This document shows positions 9,837 to 19,737 of a stretch of 64,000 nucleotides of DNA, piece by piece. The translations under genes were made by a program, and so were the position numbers. This DNA is from Myxococcota bacterium (GTDB lineage: Bacteria > Myxococcota_A > UBA9160 > UBA6930), in assembly GCA_965223415.1 (NCBI GenBank), contig OZ245002.1, positions 1,184,001-1,248,000 of the forward strand, read 5' to 3'. Each line of letters opens with the position of its first letter. Within the stretch, counting starts at the first letter, position 1. The notes under the pieces are model-generated. The model searched no databases. It was given only the letters and a program-made list of their open reading frames with translations, and had not been told where the DNA came from.

Positions 9837-11141
9837 ATGCCTACCTTCTCGCGCCTCATGGACGTCTTCGAGCTCCTCGGTCGTGTTCCCCTCCCCTTCC
9901 TCGCTCGCTGCCGGGTGCCGTCGGACCCGGGCACCGTCGCCTCTCGCGGCGAGGAGGTGAGCCCCTGGGATACCGGCGCCGACCCGAAGGCGCTGGACCG
10001 GGTCTGGGAGGCCGCCGAGGCCCTCTACCGCACGGGCGTGACGCCGGCGCTCCAGCTCTGCATCCGTCACCGGGGCGAGGTCGTGCTCGACCGCACCCTC
10101 GGCCACGTGAGCGGGAACGCGCCCCACGTGGACCCGCGCGCGCCGAAGATCCTCGCTACGCCGGACACCCCCTTCTGCCTGTTCTCGTCGTCGAAGCTCG
10201 TCACCGCCATGATGATCCACAAGCTCGACGAGCGCGGGCTGGTCCACCTGGAGGACCGGGTCGCCGACTACGTGCCGGGCTTCGAGCGCCACGGCAAGCA
10301 GTGGATCACGCTGCGGCACCTGCTCGCCCACACGGCCGGCATCCCGAACCTCCCCTCGGACGCGATGGACCTCGATCTCCTCGCCCACCCGGAACACGTG
10401 GCCGAGCTGATCTGCGACATGCGGCCGTCGACCCGTGCGGGACGCCTCGTCGCCTATCACGCGATCAGCGGCGGGTTCGTGCTCGGCGAGGTCGTTCGCC
10501 AGGTGACCGGCAAGACGATCCGCGAGTTCCTGGCGGCGGAGGTCTGCGAGCCCCTGGGCCTGCGCTGGATGAACTACGGCGTGTCCGAGGACGACCTGGA
10601 CAAGGTCGCCGAGAATGCCTTCACCGGGCCGCCGGTGCCCCCGCCGGGCGGCACCCTCCTGCGCCGAGCGCTCGGCAAGGACCTCGACGAGATCATCGAG
10701 CTCTCCAACGACCCGCGCTTCCTCCGCGGCATCATCCCCTCCGGCAACGTGGTCTCGAACGCGCGGGAGCTCTCGCTCTTCCTCCAGTGCCTGGCCGACG
10801 GGGGCAGCGTGGGCGACGTTCGCATCTTCGAGCCGCGCACCGTGCGCCACGCCCTCGCCGAGCAGAGCTACCGGGAGATCGACCTCACCCTGTTCATGCC
10901 CCTCCGCTACGGCCTGGGCCCGATGCTGGGCGACGACCCGGTCGGCATCTTCGGCCTCTCCAGCGGGCGGGCCTTCGGACACCTGGGCTTCACGAACGTC
11001 TTCCCCTGGGCCGACCCCGCCCGGGAGATCTCCGTGGCGCTGCTCACCAGCGGCAAGCCGGTGCTGAGCGCGCACGTCGTCCGGCTCTTCCAGCTCCTGG
11101 GGGCGATCGGCAACGCCTTCCCGCGCCAAGATCGCCCCTGA
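9837..11141 (+). CDS. Serine hydrolase, beta-lactamase-like esterase/lipase family
   Basis: SxxK (FSSSK), LLAHTAG, AYHA, FGHLGF motifs. Confidence 0.85.
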   Translation: MPTFSRLMDVFELLGRVPLPFLARCRVPSDPGTVASRGEEVSPWDTGADPKALDRVWEAAEALYRTGVTPALQLCIRHRGEVVLDRTLGHVSGNAPHVDPRAPKILATPDTPFCLFSSSKLVTAMMIHKLDERGLVHLEDRVADYVPGFERHGKQWITLRHLLAHTAGIPNLPSDAMDLDLLAHPEHVAELICDMRPSTRAGRLVAYHAISGGFVLGEVVRQVTGKTIREFLAAEVCEPLGLRWMNYGVSEDDLDKVAENAFTGPPVPPPGGTLLRRALGKDLDEIIELSNDPRFLRGIIPSGNVVSNARELSLFLQCLADGGSVGDVRIFEPRTVRHALAEQSYREIDLTLFMPLRYGLGPMLGDDPVGIFGLSSGRAFGHLGFTNVFPWADPAREISVALLTSGKPVLSAHVVRLFQLLGAIGNAFPRQDRP

Positions 11142-11212
11142 TGGTGATTTCCCTCACTGTTTGAGGCACTCTCGGTCCCGATGGTTCTGTTGCACCTCAC
11201 CGGGAGACCTCC

Positions 11213-11863
11213 ATGCTGCGTCTGATCGTCCTGCTCCTCAGCCTCGGCCTCGTGTGGGCCGGTCCGGCCACCGAGGCGGAAGCCAAGAAGCGACGCCGCC
11301 GGGTCGTCCACCAGCAGTACGTGATTCCCTTCACCTGCGGGAACAACGCGGCGGATACCAGCGGAGCGCTCCCGGGCGACTACGCCATCGCCATCGACGT
11401 GCTGAACGGCGGCGCCACGGACGTCACCCTGGACGAGCAGGTCCACCTGACCTTCCCGCCCGGCGGCCAGATGCCGGGCTACGTCTCCGACGTCTTGACC
11501 CAGACCCTGGCCGGCGAGACGGCCCTCCAGATCAGCTGCGACGACCTGACCGGCGCCGCTTTCGTCTACCCGAACCCCCCGCCGGCGACGACCTACGTGC
11601 AGGGCCTGCTGCTCATCACCGCCAGCAGCCCGGTCCACGTCTCCGCGACCCGCACCAGCCAGGGCGCGGCGGGCGATCTCTCGGTGGAGACCGAGAAGGT
11701 CGAGCCGATGCCGGTGGCGCCCGTGGCCGACGACCCCGCCGGCCAGATGACGATCTGCCACGTCCCCCCGGGCAATCCGGCTGCCGCCCACACGATCACC
11801 GTGGGCGTGCCCTCCTGGCCGGCCCACCAGGGCCACGGCGATACCCAGGGCGTCTGCCCGTAG
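11213..11863 (+). CDS. Secreted hypothetical protein (QYxxPFTCG family, C-terminal TICHVPPGNP...HGD module)
   Basis: Signal peptide, RBS GGGAG; paralogous to 12575-13102. Confidence 0.7.
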   Translation: MLRLIVLLLSLGLVWAGPATEAEAKKRRRRVVHQQYVIPFTCGNNAADTSGALPGDYAIAIDVLNGGATDVTLDEQVHLTFPPGGQMPGYVSDVLTQTLAGETALQISCDDLTGAAFVYPNPPPATTYVQGLLLITASSPVHVSATRTSQGAAGDLSVETEKVEPMPVAPVADDPAGQMTICHVPPGNPAAAHTITVGVPSWPAHQGHGDTQGVCP

Positions 11864-11873
11864 CCGCGTAGGG

Positions 11874-12422
11874 CTAGCGGAACGAGCGCTCGAAGAGCTC
11901 GTCGATGGCGCGCTGGCCGCTCGCCTCGAGCAGTCGTGTGCCGGTGCCGGCGAAGCGCGTATGCGTGATGACCGGCTCGCCGGCGGGCTCGAAGCTCTCT
12001 CCGTTCCAGTGGTGCCAGGCGCCGCCGGGCTGGTCGAAGACGAAGAGGAGCTTGTTGCAGAGCTTCGCGAACTCGGCGCCCCAGCCGGTACCGCCCTTCA
12101 CCGTGCCGTCGTCCTTGATCTGCCCGACGACGTAGATCTCCTGGCCGCTGTTCACCTGGTGCCAGATGCTCTGGAGCACCTTGCGAAAGAGCGGCGTGTC
12201 CCGGTACTCGCGGTGCATGAGCTTGCCCACGTAGGCCAGGCTCACGTCGCCCTGCTGGAGCTCCGCCGGGGTGAGCACACGGATGCCGCGGGTGCGGGCG
12301 TCGTTGTGGCCCTCGAAGGTGAAGTTCACCTCCGCCACGCCGTGGCGCTCGGCGGCCGCGCCGAACGCGGCCTCGGCGCCGTTCGCCGCTCCGCTGTACA
12401 GGACGCACTCTTCGGGCTTCAT
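11874..12422 (-). CDS. SLOG-like (Rossmann-fold) conserved protein
   Basis: LYSGAANGAEAAFG, KGGTGW, FAGTGTR motifs; family assignment is inference. Confidence 0.65.
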   Translation of the reverse strand: MKPEECVLYSGAANGAEAAFGAAAERHGVAEVNFTFEGHNDARTRGIRVLTPAELQQGDVSLAYVGKLMHREYRDTPLFRKVLQSIWHQVNSGQEIYVVGQIKDDGTVKGGTGWGAEFAKLCNKLLFVFDQPGGAWHHWNGESFEPAGEPVITHTRFAGTGTRLLEASGQRAIDELFERSFR

Positions 12423-12574
12423 CCCACTTCCTCCTCGCGAGCGGGCACAGCATGACAGCCCGGGCCGGGGTTGCCAGCGCCGACCGGTGGAACCTCCCAC
12501 GCGACCTCAGGCCTCTCCCCGAGCCCCTCGGGTGAAGCGTCAAGCCGCCGCCCGCGGGCGTCGAAAGAGGGAGC

Positions 12575-13102
12575 ATGCATCGCCCCACCGCCCTCCTCCT
12601 CGGCGTCCTGGCCCTGCTCGCGATGGCGCTGACCCCTTCCACCGCCTTCGCCAAGAAGAAGAAGGTCTTCTGGTACCAGTACGCCGTGCCCTTCACCTGT
12701 GGCACCAACGCCACCGACCCGGGCCGCACCCTGATGGGCGACCACGCCACGGTCATCCACGCCGTGAACGGGAACCCGGTGGACGCGACCCTCCACGTGG
12801 GCCTGTCGCTCACCTTCCCGGGCGGGAACCTCAGCGAGGGCTGGAGGTCGGAGCGGGCCGAAGTCACGCTCTCGGCCGGCGCGGCGACCCAGGCGAGCTG
12901 CCAGGACGCCCTCGACCTGGCCAGCCTCATGGTCCCGCCGCCCTTCCCGATCCCGCCCTACGTGCAGGGCTACGCGGTGATCCAGAGCAGCCGGCCCCTC
13001 GACGTCCAGCGCAGTCACGCGGTGGAGATGGCCGGCGGCCAGGTCGCCCTGACCAGCCAGGCGATCGCCGGCCGGCCGATCGTTCCGCCGCCGGCTCCCT
13101 AG
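12575..13102 (+). CDS. Secreted hypothetical protein, paralog of 11213-11863
   Basis: Signal peptide; shares QY-x-x-PFTCG, LTFP, SC-x-D and YVQG blocks. Confidence 0.7.
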   Translation: MHRPTALLLGVLALLAMALTPSTAFAKKKKVFWYQYAVPFTCGTNATDPGRTLMGDHATVIHAVNGNPVDATLHVGLSLTFPGGNLSEGWRSERAEVTLSAGAATQASCQDALDLASLMVPPPFPIPPYVQGYAVIQSSRPLDVQRSHAVEMAGGQVALTSQAIAGRPIVPPPAP

Positions 13103-13108
13103 GCCAGG

Positions 13109-14824
<1,716 letters not shown>

Positions 14825-14841
14825 GGGAGAGCCTCCTGGAG

Positions 14842-14857
14842 TTGAAACGTGTTCCAA
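14842..14857. promoter_or_regulatory. Palindromic operator matching TnnAACnnGTTnnA (TetR/KstR-type)
   Basis: TTGAAACGTGTTCCAA, 17 bp upstream of the deacylase start codon. Confidence 0.45.
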
Positions 14858-14975
14858 TTCTACCCGAGGCGGGCTGATTTCTGCCGGCCCCCCGAGGGGG
14901 GCAACTCCCTGAAACGGGGGGTGCGCCGCTCGTGTCATAGTGAGGTGGCGGAAGGCGTTTCTGGGGGAGCGCAGC

Positions 14976-15590
14976 ATGAGCAGCACGACGACGAGCCCGA
15001 TGACCGGACGCATCAGCACCGCCGGCCCGGCCGATGCCGAGCTGGAGCAGCGCTGGCTGGCAGGGGACGAGGGGGCCCTGGCGGAGGTCCACGGCCGCTA
15101 CCGAAGGCGGCTCGAGGGCGTCGCCTACCGGATCGTCGGCAACCGGGCCGATGCCGAGGACGTGGTCCAGCGCGTCTTCGTGGCCCTGCCGCGGGCGGCC
15201 TACGCGGGGACCGCGAGCCTCTGGTCGTACCTCTACCGGGCCGCCGTGAACGGCTCCGTCAACCTGCTGCGCTCGCGCCGGCGCCGGGCCGGCCTGGAGC
15301 GGGAGGTGCTCGCCCAGTCGCGGATGAACGGCCAGACCGCCTCCAGCCCCGAGGCCCAGGTGCTGGAGGGGGAGATCCTCGCCGTCGTCGCGAAAGCCCT
15401 GCTGCAGGTGAAGCACCAGCACCGGCGGGCGCTGGTCCTACGGATCCACCACGGCCTCTCGAACGTGGAGATCGCCGAGCGCGAGGGCGTGCCGCCGGCC
15501 ACCGTCGGTACCTGGCTGCGGCGGGGCCGGGAAGAGCTCCGCCACGCGCTCGAACCGATGCTGCGGGACATGGGGAGGGGAACGTCGTGA
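14976..15590 (+). CDS. ECF sigma-70 factor
   Basis: Region 2 (ADAEDVVQRVF...LWSYLYRAAVN) and region 4 HTH (GLSNVEIAEREGVPPATVGTWLRRGR). Confidence 0.9.
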   Translation: MSSTTTSPMTGRISTAGPADAELEQRWLAGDEGALAEVHGRYRRRLEGVAYRIVGNRADAEDVVQRVFVALPRAAYAGTASLWSYLYRAAVNGSVNLLRSRRRRAGLEREVLAQSRMNGQTASSPEAQVLEGEILAVVAKALLQVKHQHRRALVLRIHHGLSNVEIAEREGVPPATVGTWLRRGREELRHALEPMLRDMGRGTS

Positions 15591-16015
15591 TCCACTGGAA
15601 CGCCCGGCGTCTGCTGCCCCAGGTGCTGGACGGCACCCTCCCGCCCCTGGAAGAAGGTCTCGTCCGCGAGCACGCCGGCGGCTGCCGCCGCTGCGGGCGG
15701 GTGCTGGCGGAGCTCGAGGCCTGTGAGCGGCTGCTCCAACAGCTGCCGGTCTCCCTCGTCCCCCTGGAAGAGCCCGCAGGCCGGGTCGACCGCCTGATGG
15801 CGCTCTCGCGCTGGATCCTCGACCCGGAGCCGAGCTGGGGAGAGCGCCTCGGCATGTCCGCCCTGGGTGCTTTCGCGGCCGCCGCCGTGCTGGCCGTCGC
15901 GCTCACCGGCGGGAGCTTGCCGCCGCCTCACCAGGCGCCGGAGAGCCCCCTCGCCCTGGCCAGCGTGGTGGCCTTCCCGGACTCGGAGCTGGTCATGATG
16001 GGCCGCTGGCGCTGA
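15587..16015 (+). CDS. Zinc-binding (zf-HC2) membrane anti-sigma factor
   Basis: HAGGCRRC (HxxxCxxC), one TM helix, GTGA overlap with the sigma gene. Confidence 0.8.
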   Translation: MIHWNARRLLPQVLDGTLPPLEEGLVREHAGGCRRCGRVLAELEACERLLQQLPVSLVPLEEPAGRVDRLMALSRWILDPEPSWGERLGMSALGAFAAAAVLAVALTGGSLPPPHQAPESPLALASVVAFPDSELVMMGRWR

Positions 16016-16221
16016 CCCGCCGGTCGAGTCGGCGGCCGAATCGGGTGACATTCCACCCACCCGGCGACACGACCCCAGCTACCCCTCAACCGGTTGTTTT
16101 CGCAGCGGAATCTCCGCCCCCCCGGGCTCTGTGGGGTTCTGCGGACTTCGCCGGGGCGGCCTTCGGCCGCTACCATCGCCGGATCGCCCGGCCGGGCGAG
16201 CACGTCGAGGCACCCCCCGCC

Positions 16222-16467
16222 ATGAACCGCATTCGCGCTGCGCGACAGGCACGCGGCTGGACACAGGCCGAGCTGGCCGAGCGCGCGCAGGTTTCCCCGC
16301 GCACGATTCATGCGATCGAGAAGGGACAGGCGTGTCGCCAGGCGACGAAGCGCAAGATCCTTACCGCGCTGGGTGTGCCGTGGGAGATGCGCGAGGACTA
16401 CTTCCCGCGGCCCGTGCGCGTGCCGGTGCGGCAGCCCGCCGTCAGTGTCGTCGGCGAGAGCGCCTGA
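16222..16467 (+). CDS. XRE-family HTH regulator
   Basis: IRAARQARGWTQAELAERAQVSPRTIHAIEKG. Confidence 0.85.
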   Translation: MNRIRAARQARGWTQAELAERAQVSPRTIHAIEKGQACRQATKRKILTALGVPWEMREDYFPRPVRVPVRQPAVSVVGESA

Positions 16468-17290
16468 GAAGGCGACGCTCCTCGCCGCCCTGGCGGCGTT
16501 CCTGCTCGGTTGCGGCGAGTCCGACCACGGCCTCGACGCTGGCGTGTGGCTGGGACGCGGCGTTCCGCCGATCGAACGGGCGTGGAACCTCGCAGCCACG
16601 GAACGGGCGCTCGTGGTCGTCGCTCGAGCGGCGCCGAACGAGCTGCCGCGGCTCGGCCCCGACGCGCATTCGGACCTCCTCCCGAAGCTGCGCGACGCGC
16701 TCCGCGGCAACGGGTGGATGGACGCCTGCGGCGACCCACCGGATCTCGAGTGCTTCGAGCGCTTCGTCGTGGCGTCGGGCCGCCTGGCGCGCACCTACGG
16801 CCGCGCGGTGGAAGCGGGCGCACCCCGTGAGCGGGAGCTCGTGGCGCTTCTGGGCGATTTCTTCCGCGCCAACGGGGCGAGCTACCGCTGGGCCCAGGCC
16901 GCCGCGAGCCACGACGTGCGCGCCGCCCTGCTCGCCGAGCTGGTCCAGCCGGAGCACGCCGCGCCGAGCATGCGCGCCCAGGTGGAGCGGCTGCGCACCA
17001 CCGGTGCGCGGGCAGAGCCGGCCCACGCACGAATCGCTTCGCGACTGGCCGGAAACCACGCCGCCCTGCTCGAGGAGCTGTGCCTGTGGATCGGACAGGG
17101 CGTGCTCGCGCCGGAGCACGAACGGACGCTGGCCTCGGAGGTGGAACGAGAGGTCCTCGCCACGCTGAGCGAGCTGGGCCGCTTCCCCGGTGCTGCACCC
17201 GCCGCCGCGGTGGATGAAGCGCGGAAGCGCCTGAAGGATCCGGACGCGCGCTCGGCCCTCGAACGGACCCTGCAGCGGCTGGACGGCTAG
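16445..17290 (+). CDS. Hypothetical lipoprotein
   Basis: Lipobox-like LLAALAAFLLGC; start uncertain. Confidence 0.5.
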   Translation: MSSARAPEKATLLAALAAFLLGCGESDHGLDAGVWLGRGVPPIERAWNLAATERALVVVARAAPNELPRLGPDAHSDLLPKLRDALRGNGWMDACGDPPDLECFERFVVASGRLARTYGRAVEAGAPRERELVALLGDFFRANGASYRWAQAAASHDVRAALLAELVQPEHAAPSMRAQVERLRTTGARAEPAHARIASRLAGNHAALLEELCLWIGQGVLAPEHERTLASEVEREVLATLSELGRFPGAAPAAAVDEARKRLKDPDARSALERTLQRLDG

Positions 17291-18840
17291 GAGCCCGACT
17301 CAAGCGCGAGCGCGTCGGCCAGGCGGCGGACGAGCTCGTCCAGGGCGTTCGCCTCGTCTACCACGCCGAACACGTAGCGATCGGGCCGTACGATCGCCGC
17401 CGGATGCCGCTCGAACAGGTGGTCGAGCTTGCCCTCCACGATCTCCAGCTCGCCCACCGGGACGCAGGGGGCCTCCAGGGCCTCCAGGATGCGTCGGCTC
17501 CCTTCGGAGACGGCGAGGGCCGCCTCGTCCCAGCCGTAGACGGCAAAGCCCGGACCGCCGAGCTCGTCGAGGCGCCGCGCGTCACCGCGCCCGGTTCGCA
17601 CCGTGGGCTGACTGAAGAGGAAGCCCGTGAAGCCGTCGGGCGAGACCTGCTCGCGGATCAACGCGCCGCCTCGCAGGGGCGGAACGGTGCGGCCCTGGCC
17701 GTAGCCCGAGCGCTGCTGCTCTTCGGACGGCCCCTCCGGTGTCTCGCCCGCCTCCGCCGCCGCGAGCGCCTCCATCAGCTTGCCGATCGTCACGGCCCAC
17801 TCGACGAGATCCCGCGCGTGGCCGTCGCGCTCCGCGGCGTAGGTCTCGAGGAGCGCCGGCGCGCAGCGCCCCTGGATCACGAGCGGCAGCTTCCAGCCCA
17901 GGTTGATGGCATCGCGGAACCCGGCGTTCAGCCCCTGGCCGAGGAAGGGCGGCGTCTGGTGGGCCGCGTCGCCGGCCAGGAAGACGCGGCGGTCCCGCCA
18001 GCGCGAGGCCGTCGCCGCGTGGAATTGGTAGACGGCGGCCCGGCGGATCTCGTAGTGCTCGCGGGGAAGCCAGTCGTCGAGGAGGGCCTGCACGCGCTCG
18101 GGGCGCGTCATCTCCTCGCGGGTCTCGCCGGGGCGGAGCTGGAATTCCCAGCGTCGGTTCGGGTCCCGTACGCAGACGTAGGTCGTCAGGCGGGCGGGAT
18201 CGCAGACCTGCATCGACACGAGGGGAAGATCGGCCTCCGGCCCGATCACGATGTCGACGACGAGCCAGTCCTGGTCGTAGCCGAGGCTCTCCCAGGCGAT
18301 GCCCAGGGAATCGCGCACGAAGCTCGAGGCGCCGTCACAGCCGATCACGTAGGAGGCGCTCAGCTCCCGGGTCTCGCCGCTGGCCAGCTCCTGGGCGCGG
18401 AGCCGGACATGGTCGTCCGCCTGGACCAGGGCCTGCACCTCGTGGCCGAGGCGCAGGTCGACCTTGCCGTCCGCGACGATCATCTCCCGGACCACCGCTT
18501 CGAGCTCCGGCTGATCGAAGAAGGCGATGTCCCGCCAGCCGTTCACACCGACGGGCGGGAAGTCCGCGCCGAACAGGGGCTCGCGCTTGGAGTTGGTGAA
18601 GCGAATGGAGTCCGGGTTCCGGTACGGCTGCAGGATCTCCGCGACCGGGTCGGCGCGGCGGATGCGCTGGAACGCGCGCACCACCTCGCCGTCGAGGCCG
18701 ACGGCCCGGGGGATGTCGACGATCTCGGTGGTGCGCTCGAGCACCGCCACCCGCAGACCGGCGTCCGAGAGGAGCAGGGCTGCACCGGCGCCGACCGGCC
18801 CGTAGCCCACGATCGCCACGTCGAAGTCCGGTCGGGTCAT
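17287..18840 (-). CDS. FAD-dependent aromatic monooxygenase (MhpA-like)
   Basis: GYGPVG, IGCDGASS, LAGDAAHQTPPFLGQG, VRPDRY motifs. Confidence 0.88.
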   Translation of the reverse strand: MTRPDFDVAIVGYGPVGAGAALLLSDAGLRVAVLERTTEIVDIPRAVGLDGEVVRAFQRIRRADPVAEILQPYRNPDSIRFTNSKREPLFGADFPPVGVNGWRDIAFFDQPELEAVVREMIVADGKVDLRLGHEVQALVQADDHVRLRAQELASGETRELSASYVIGCDGASSFVRDSLGIAWESLGYDQDWLVVDIVIGPEADLPLVSMQVCDPARLTTYVCVRDPNRRWEFQLRPGETREEMTRPERVQALLDDWLPREHYEIRRAAVYQFHAATASRWRDRRVFLAGDAAHQTPPFLGQGLNAGFRDAINLGWKLPLVIQGRCAPALLETYAAERDGHARDLVEWAVTIGKLMEALAAAEAGETPEGPSEEQQRSGYGQGRTVPPLRGGALIREQVSPDGFTGFLFSQPTVRTGRGDARRLDELGGPGFAVYGWDEAALAVSEGSRRILEALEAPCVPVGELEIVEGKLDHLFERHPAAIVRPDRYVFGVVDEANALDELVRRLADALALESGS

Positions 18841-19541
18841 GGGGCGGGCGTCCTCGCGAAGGTGAGCCAGTGGGTCTCGTCCTCGCCGATGACGGCGTTG
18901 TGGAAGGTGAGCGGCTCGGGCCAGACCTCGGCGAAGACGTCGCGGAGGAGCGCCTCGAAGTGCGGGCTCTCGGCGTAGGACCAGAAGCCGAAGACCCCGC
19001 CGAGAGCCAGGTGACGACTCATGCGGCGCAGGCCCTCGCGGGTGTAGAACCCATCGCTCGAACGCCCGAGGCGCTCGTCGGGCGAGTGGTCCACGTCGAT
19101 CAGGAGCAGGTCGAACCTCTCCCCGGGCGCCGCCGCGAGGCGCCGGAACACGTCGTCCTGCTCCACCTCGAAGCGCGGATCGGCCCGCAGCTCACCGGCC
19201 TGGGGCAGGAGCCCGCGCTCCAGCCAGTCGATCAGGGGGGCGAGCAGCTCGACCACCGCCAGCCGGGCGACCCGCCGCGAGCGCAGGAGCTCCCGTGCGG
19301 TGATCCCGAGCCCCAAGCCCCCCACGAGCGCCCGAAGGCCGTCGCCACCGTGCCGGGCGAGGCCCCGCTCGGCCAGGGCCCGCTCCGAGGCGCTGCTGTG
19401 GCTGCTCATCAGGAATTGGTGGTCGAGGGTGAGCTCGGTGACGCGGGTGGCCGGATCTCCCGCCATGCCGCGCTGCTGGAGGCAGATCCCCCCGAGCGGC
19501 GTGGGTTCGAAAGCCAGTACTTCGAGATCGTCGACGTCCAT
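18837..19541 (-). CDS. Spermidine synthase-like SAM-binding protein
   Basis: LVGGLGLG, VVEL, DLLLIDVDHSP motifs. Confidence 0.75.
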   Translation of the reverse strand: MDVDDLEVLAFEPTPLGGICLQQRGMAGDPATRVTELTLDHQFLMSSHSSASERALAERGLARHGGDGLRALVGGLGLGITARELLRSRRVARLAVVELLAPLIDWLERGLLPQAGELRADPRFEVEQDDVFRRLAAAPGERFDLLLIDVDHSPDERLGRSSDGFYTREGLRRMSRHLALGGVFGFWSYAESPHFEALLRDVFAEVWPEPLTFHNAVIGEDETHWLTFARTPAP

Positions 19542-19737
19542 GGGCTGCGGAGGGTTCCGTGCTGAAGAGCGGTGTGCAAGGCGGCGCAGCGGCCCAGTTG
19601 ACCCCACGAGGCAGTGGGGTGGGGAGCTGCGCCCCAGTTGGACTCCGCGTCAGGCCAGCCTCGGCTCGCCGCACCCGGAATGCCCCTTGCAGTCCGCATG
19701 ACGAGCCATGGCCGTGATCGCCATGCGGAGGGAGACG

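Noticed and set aside
14910..14936. ECF autoregulatory promoter TGAAAC...CGT
   Set aside because: Spacer is 15 bp, shorter than typical; too weak to call.
19583..19655. FNR/DNR box or riboswitch upstream of nosZ
   Set aside because: Only a TTGAC half-site and modest GC-rich stems; no full TTGAT-N4-ATCAA or known aptamer.
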